Assembly (NCBI GenBank): GCA_030706385.1
Contig: JAUZOQ010000005.1
Span: 832 to 64,831 of the forward strand
Length of the DNA stretch: 64,000 bases
Reading direction: 5' to 3'
Source of the DNA: Bacteroidota bacterium
GTDB lineage: Bacteria > Bacteroidota > Ignavibacteria > Palsa-1295
The notes below the pieces were generated by a model that saw only the letters and a program-made list of their open reading frames with translations, had not been told where the DNA came from and ran no database searches. A program made the position numbers and the translations under genes. Positions 59,598 to 64,000 of this stretch are shown here, piece after piece. Position 1 is the stretch's first letter. Each line of letters begins with the position of its first letter.

Positions 59598-60743
59598 TCA
59601 GAGCTTCGGATTCGTCGAAAGGCCGACGGGCTGAACTCGTGAACCTTCCATAACGGAAGAATTCAGGTTCGTTGCGATCTTTTCGTCGCCTGTAAGTCCG
59701 TCGAGGATCTTCACCGTTCTTCCGTTATTATCTCCGATATGAACTTCATGAAATTCCACTTTATTATCATCACTAATAACCGGAACGAAGAATCGATTCT
59801 TTTTTACGATAAGCGCAGCAGCGGGAATCTCCAATTGAACCGGAACCTTCACTTTCAACTCGACATTCACGGTACTCCAGGCAACGATCTTCCCATCGGT
59901 ATTGGGAACATCGATCTCGATCAGGCGCATTCGTGTCTGCGGGTCCAGCTGTTCGGAGAATCGTGTTACGGTAGCATTTACGCTGAAACCCGGGCGTTCC
60001 GGTACGGTGATTTCAACGGGATCTCCGATCTTCACAAATCCTGCGTATCGTTGGTCGAGGAATACATTGATGCGTAAATGATCGACCTGGCTGACGGAGA
60101 CCAGAGGCAATGTCGTTGTTTCCTGATTCACGGCATTCTGAATAAGGGCACCCGGATCTGCATACCTCGCAGTAATGGTACCGCTGAACGGAGCACGAAT
60201 GATCTCGTAGCTTTTCTGCACCTCAAGCATTGCGACGTTTTGTTTTGCAACTTCGGCATCGGCATCGCTTTGCTCTGATGCGAGTTCTGAGACCAGTCCC
60301 TTTTTCAAGAGCTCTCTATTGGTGGCAGCGATCTTCGCCTTATTCTTTGCATCTGCCGAAGCGGCTAGGAATTGCCGGTCGGTTTCAGGTGACTGAATGA
60401 TCGCCAAGATCTGCCCTTCTTTAACATGATCCCCTTTATCGACTCTGATCTCACGCAAATACCCGCCGATCTTCGAGTAAATGATCGTACTCGCATACGG
60501 CATGGCATCGCCTTCTAACTTAATGCTGCTTTCATCCGAAGAGTGTTTTACAGAACTGATCTGCACATGCGGTCCTGCTTCGACATCCTTGGTCCGCATC
60601 TTGATCTCATCTTCGACAAATGAATTTTTCGAATGAGAGATAACAATAATGATGCCGATCGCTCCGGCGATCAATAGTGCTGAAGATATATACAGCGCTT
60701 TCGCGCTCTTCTTCCTCGGTGTGGTTTCGCTCTTGGTTTTCAT
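59598..60743 (-). CDS. RND efflux periplasmic adaptor (MFP)
   Basis: VDKGDHVKEGQIL, IRAPFSGTITAR, LDPQTR. Confidence 0.93.
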   Translation of the reverse strand: MKTKSETTPRKKSAKALYISSALLIAGAIGIIIVISHSKNSFVEDEIKMRTKDVEAGPHVQISSVKHSSDESSIKLEGDAMPYASTIIYSKIGGYLREIRVDKGDHVKEGQILAIIQSPETDRQFLAASADAKNKAKIAATNRELLKKGLVSELASEQSDADAEVAKQNVAMLEVQKSYEIIRAPFSGTITARYADPGALIQNAVNQETTTLPLVSVSQVDHLRINVFLDQRYAGFVKIGDPVEITVPERPGFSVNATVTRFSEQLDPQTRMRLIEIDVPNTDGKIVAWSTVNVELKVKVPVQLEIPAAALIVKKNRFFVPVISDDNKVEFHEVHIGDNNGRTVKILDGLTGDEKIATNLNSSVMEGSRVQPVGLSTNPKL

Positions 60744-60766
60744 ATCGTTACTAACTGATCCGAAAT

Positions 60767-63700
60767 CTATGCAGCTCCAAGCTGAGTGCCAGGTTCTTCT
60801 TCAATAATATCATTATCGTGACTTCCTGCATAATCAAATCCTTGCTTCTCGCTTTGGAAACGGAGTTCGAAAATATGCTTTGAAGGCATTTTCTTGCGTA
60901 AGATAGAATACATGATCGGCACGACAAAAAGCGTTACGATCGTCGCAACGATCAAGCCGCCGATCACGGCGCGTGCAAGCGGTGCATTTTGTTCACCGCC
61001 TTCTCCGAGCGCCAGCGACATCGGAATCATACCGATGATCATTGCAAGAGCCGTCATCAGAACCGGCCGCATGCGCGTTTTGCCTGCTTCGATCGCTGCT
61101 TGCAAGGCACTGACATTTTTTTCAACCCGAATATCGTTGGCAAAACTCACCAGCAAGATCGAGTTCGATACGGCAATACCGATCGTCATTATCGAACCCA
61201 TCAGGGAAACGACATTGATCGTTGTACCGGTAAGAGTCAGCATCCAGAGAATTCCGATCATTGCGCCAGGCACTGCGATCATCGTTATGAAGGGATCCAC
61301 CCATGACTGGAACAGAATCATCAGCAGAAGATAAACTAAGATGATCGCCAGCACGATTCCCAGACCGAGGCTTTTGAACGAATCATTCATCACTTCATTC
61401 TGGCCGAGTACTGAAATCGTCATTCCCGTCGGCAATTTTCCGAGGCTTGCGATCGATTTCTGAATATCGCCTGCCACCGATCCGAGATCCCTGCCCTCGA
61501 CATTGGAAGTTATATCAAGCACCCGTTGTACAGTGTGATGATTAAGCTGGTTTGGTGTGACTTCCGTTGTAAGCGAAACGATGTTGCCAAGTGTCTGTAC
61601 CGGAGCATGCGGTTCTTCGTAGGCTGTCTTTGCATGCGCTGCCACTTTCGTTGGTGATGCTGCCGTGAGCGGCGTCCGGAGAAGCTCGTTCACGGAAGAT
61701 ACCTTATCAAGAGGTGTCTGCACGACGACGTTATAGTTGACATTATTCGACGGATTGACATAGAACGAAGGTGCAAGCAGCGTGCTTGATGATAATGATA
61801 CCAGCATGTTGCTGATCACATCTCGCTCGCTCAATCCCATCTGCGAAGCTCTTACCCGGTCGACATTCAATCGAAGGGTCGGGTAGTTCAGAGCCTGGTA
61901 GATATGTACATCAGCCGTACCCGGAATTTTTTTCATTGCAATGCGAAGCCGGCGGGCGAATTCATAAGCGCTATCAAGATTGGCATATTGTATCTGCACA
62001 TCGAGCGGAGCGGAAAGCCCGAAGTTCAGGACCTGGCTGATAATATCGGCCGGCTGAAAATAGAACGATGTTCCCGGAAATTTCTCGGGCAGCACCTTCC
62101 GCAGCTTCTGCATATAGAGGCTTGTCGGCTGATGCTCTTTTTTCAGCGAGATCAGGAAATCGGCATCCATTCCCGAAGCATTATCGGTATTGATGAATGC
62201 AAGATTGTAGGAATTCGACGGTACGCCGATCATATCGTTAAGCGTTTCCAGATCCTCCGGAGGGATCTGCGTCCTGATCGCTTGTTCGACTTCGCTGACG
62301 ATTCTTTCCGTCTCCTCGATCCTCGTGCCGACGGGAGCGCGCATGTGCATCTTCATCAAGCCCGTATCGGTACTTGGGAAAAAATCGGTTCCGATAATTC
62401 CCGGCAGAAAAAGAGTAATGATGAGAATGACGCCCGCAACTGCAAGGACGAATCCACGACGATCCATGATTGTCTCCAGCATTTTTCCATAACCGTTCTG
62501 CAATTTATGGAAGAGATTATCTCGCCTATTATCCAGTCGCTTGATGAGCATCCCGAATTTTCCAAGCGTCGTTGACGGTTCGCCTACATGATGGATGAAG
62601 GAGTCGTCATGGTGTTTTTCCCCGGGCAGAAGAACACGAGAGAGCATCGGCACAACCGTCAAGGTCAGAATGAACGATGCCAGCATGGCAACGACGACAA
62701 AGAGCGCCATCGGAATGAACAAGAACCGTCCGGGCCCCGTGAGTAGAACGACGGGAAAGAATACAATGCAGATCGCAAGAATGGCGAGAACGGTTGGAAC
62801 AAGGATTTGCTTCAACCCATCGAGAATGGCAACGGTCAAGTGCTTGCCAAGCAATCGATTTCGATGAATGTTCTCGATGGCAACAGTCGCTCCGTCAACA
62901 AGCATACCGATCGAAAGCGATAAACCACCGAGCGTCATAATATTAATACTGTTGCCGGTTAGCTTCAATGCCATGATCGATGCCATAATGGCTAGCGGTA
63001 TGGAAGTGGCAACGATGATAACGCTGCGCCAGCTACCAAGGAAGAGAAGGATCAGCAGTGAAACTAGTATGGCGGAAATGATCGCTTCCCGTACTACTCC
63101 ACTAATCGAAGCCTTGACGAAAGTGGATTGATCAAAATCGAGTTTCACGTCAATACCATTCGGCGCTGCAGCTTTGATCGATGGAATCATGTCCTTAACT
63201 GCTTGAACCACTGCAAGAGTCGAGGCATCGGATTTCTTCAGGATCGCAAGATAGGTTGCCCGATCTCCATTGACTCGAACGATATTCGCCTGCTTTTTGA
63301 AGCCGTCTTCCACTTGCGCCACATCGCCTAAGAGAACCGTCTGGCCGCTAACGACTTTGACCGGAATTTCCGCGAAGCGATCAATGGCTGCCGGACTGGA
63401 ATTCGTTTCGATGTTGTACTCCGTCGTTCCTATTCGTGCCGTGCCGGCCGGAACCGTGACGTTCGAACTTTGGATCGCATTGACAACATCGGTTGGCGAA
63501 AGACCTCGAGCTTCCAATGCTTTCGGATCGATATTCACCGATACCTGCCGCTGCTTACCGCCGTAAGGAGATGGAGTCGAGAGTCCTGGAATAGTAAAGA
63601 GGCCGATGCGAATGAAGTTCTGGCCGTAATCGTAGATCTTCTCTTCCGGCATGGTCTTGCTTGTCACGGTAAGCTGGGCGACCGGCACATTCGATGCATT

Positions 63701-64000
63701 GAATTGCAGGATGGTCGGCGGATTCATTCCGCGCGGCATTTGCCTGAGCGCCGTATTCGCTCCGGCAGTGATCTGTGCAATTGCAGATCCGATATCGGCG
63801 CCTTGCTGGAAGTAGACCTTCAGGATGCCGATGCCGGCGATCGATTGGGATTCGATCTTCGCAACACCATTCACCGTGGCTGAAATGGCACGCTCATCGA
63901 TCAAGACTACGCGCCGCTCCATATCTTCGGTCGAGAGCCCCGGATAATTCCAGACTATACCGACGACAGGAATATCAATGGTCGGAAAAATATCGACCTG
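60767..64000 (-). CDS. RND efflux permease (AcrB/CzcA superfamily), 5' end beyond the window
   Basis: Frame continues to the edge (QVDIFPTIDIPVVGIVWNYPGLS); GMLVDGATVAIENI, RMRPVLMTA, PLARAVIGGL. Confidence 0.95.
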   Translation of the reverse strand, partial: QVDIFPTIDIPVVGIVWNYPGLSTEDMERRVVLIDERAISATVNGVAKIESQSIAGIGILKVYFQQGADIGSAIAQITAGANTALRQMPRGMNPPTILQFNASNVPVAQLTVTSKTMPEEKIYDYGQNFIRIGLFTIPGLSTPSPYGGKQRQVSVNIDPKALEARGLSPTDVVNAIQSSNVTVPAGTARIGTTEYNIETNSSPAAIDRFAEIPVKVVSGQTVLLGDVAQVEDGFKKQANIVRVNGDRATYLAILKKSDASTLAVVQAVKDMIPSIKAAAPNGIDVKLDFDQSTFVKASISGVVREAIISAILVSLLILLFLGSWRSVIIVATSIPLAIMASIMALKLTGNSINIMTLGGLSLSIGMLVDGATVAIENIHRNRLLGKHLTVAILDGLKQILVPTVLAILAICIVFFPVVLLTGPGRFLFIPMALFVVVAMLASFILTLTVVPMLSRVLLPGEKHHDDSFIHHVGEPSTTLGKFGMLIKRLDNRRDNLFHKLQNGYGKMLETIMDRRGFVLAVAGVILIITLFLPGIIGTDFFPSTDTGLMKMHMRAPVGTRIEETERIVSEVEQAIRTQIPPEDLETLNDMIGVPSNSYNLAFINTDNASGMDADFLISLKKEHQPTSLYMQKLRKVLPEKFPGTSFYFQPADIISQVLNFGLSAPLDVQIQYANLDSAYEFARRLRIAMKKIPGTADVHIYQALNYPTLRLNVDRVRASQMGLSERDVISNMLVSLSSSTLLAPSFYVNPSNNVNYNVVVQTPLDKVSSVNELLRTPLTAASPTKVAAHAKTAYEEPHAPVQTLGNIVSLTTEVTPNQLNHHTVQRVLDITSNVEGRDLGSVAGDIQKSIASLGKLPTGMTISVLGQNEVMNDSFKSLGLGIVLAIILVYLLLMILFQSWVDPFITMIAVPGAMIGILWMLTLTGTTINVVSLMGSIMTIGIAVSNSILLVSFANDIRVEKNVSALQAAIEAGKTRMRPVLMTALAMIIGMIPMSLALGEGGEQNAPLARAVIGGLIVATIVTLFVVPIMYSILRKKMPSKHIFELRFQSEKQGFDYAGSHDNDIIEEEPGTQLGAA

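Overview
Bacterial chromosomal DNA of roughly balanced GC from an FCB-group organism, probably Bacteroidota/Ignavibacteria/Kapabacteria-like. This is inferred from many T9SS type-A C-terminal domains, TAnnTTTG -7 promoter boxes, uppS-bamA synteny and the near absence of Shine-Dalgarno motifs. Housekeeping genes include an M1 aminopeptidase, FKBP, VIT1, dcd, cytochrome oxidase subunits III/IV, murI, floA, glmM-like, uppS, bamA, htrA, an FAA hydrolase, a porin-pstSCAB-phoU plus DUF47-pit phosphate cluster and an RND pump cut by the right edge. The more unusual content is: (i) two arrays of T9SS cargo genes whose promoter or CTD modules are nearly identical while the cores are highly divergent, one with stop-codon-anchored palindromes and apparently leaderless promoters; (ii) an ECF sigma/anti-sigma locus followed by a beta-barrel/double-OmpA protein translationally coupled to a 1533-aa LamG-Ig-repeat-cohesin T9SS cargo; (iii) a rod-like candidate RNA in front of a membrane/HEPN-like gene split by an in-frame TAA; (iv) an 18-bp candidate Pho box at an activating position on pst and a repressing position on pit; (v) a paralog-lipoprotein-paralog operon next to bamA. 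No tRNA, rRNA, CRISPR array, transposase, integrase or reverse transcriptase was seen. All domain calls come from motif recognition by eye, not database searches.
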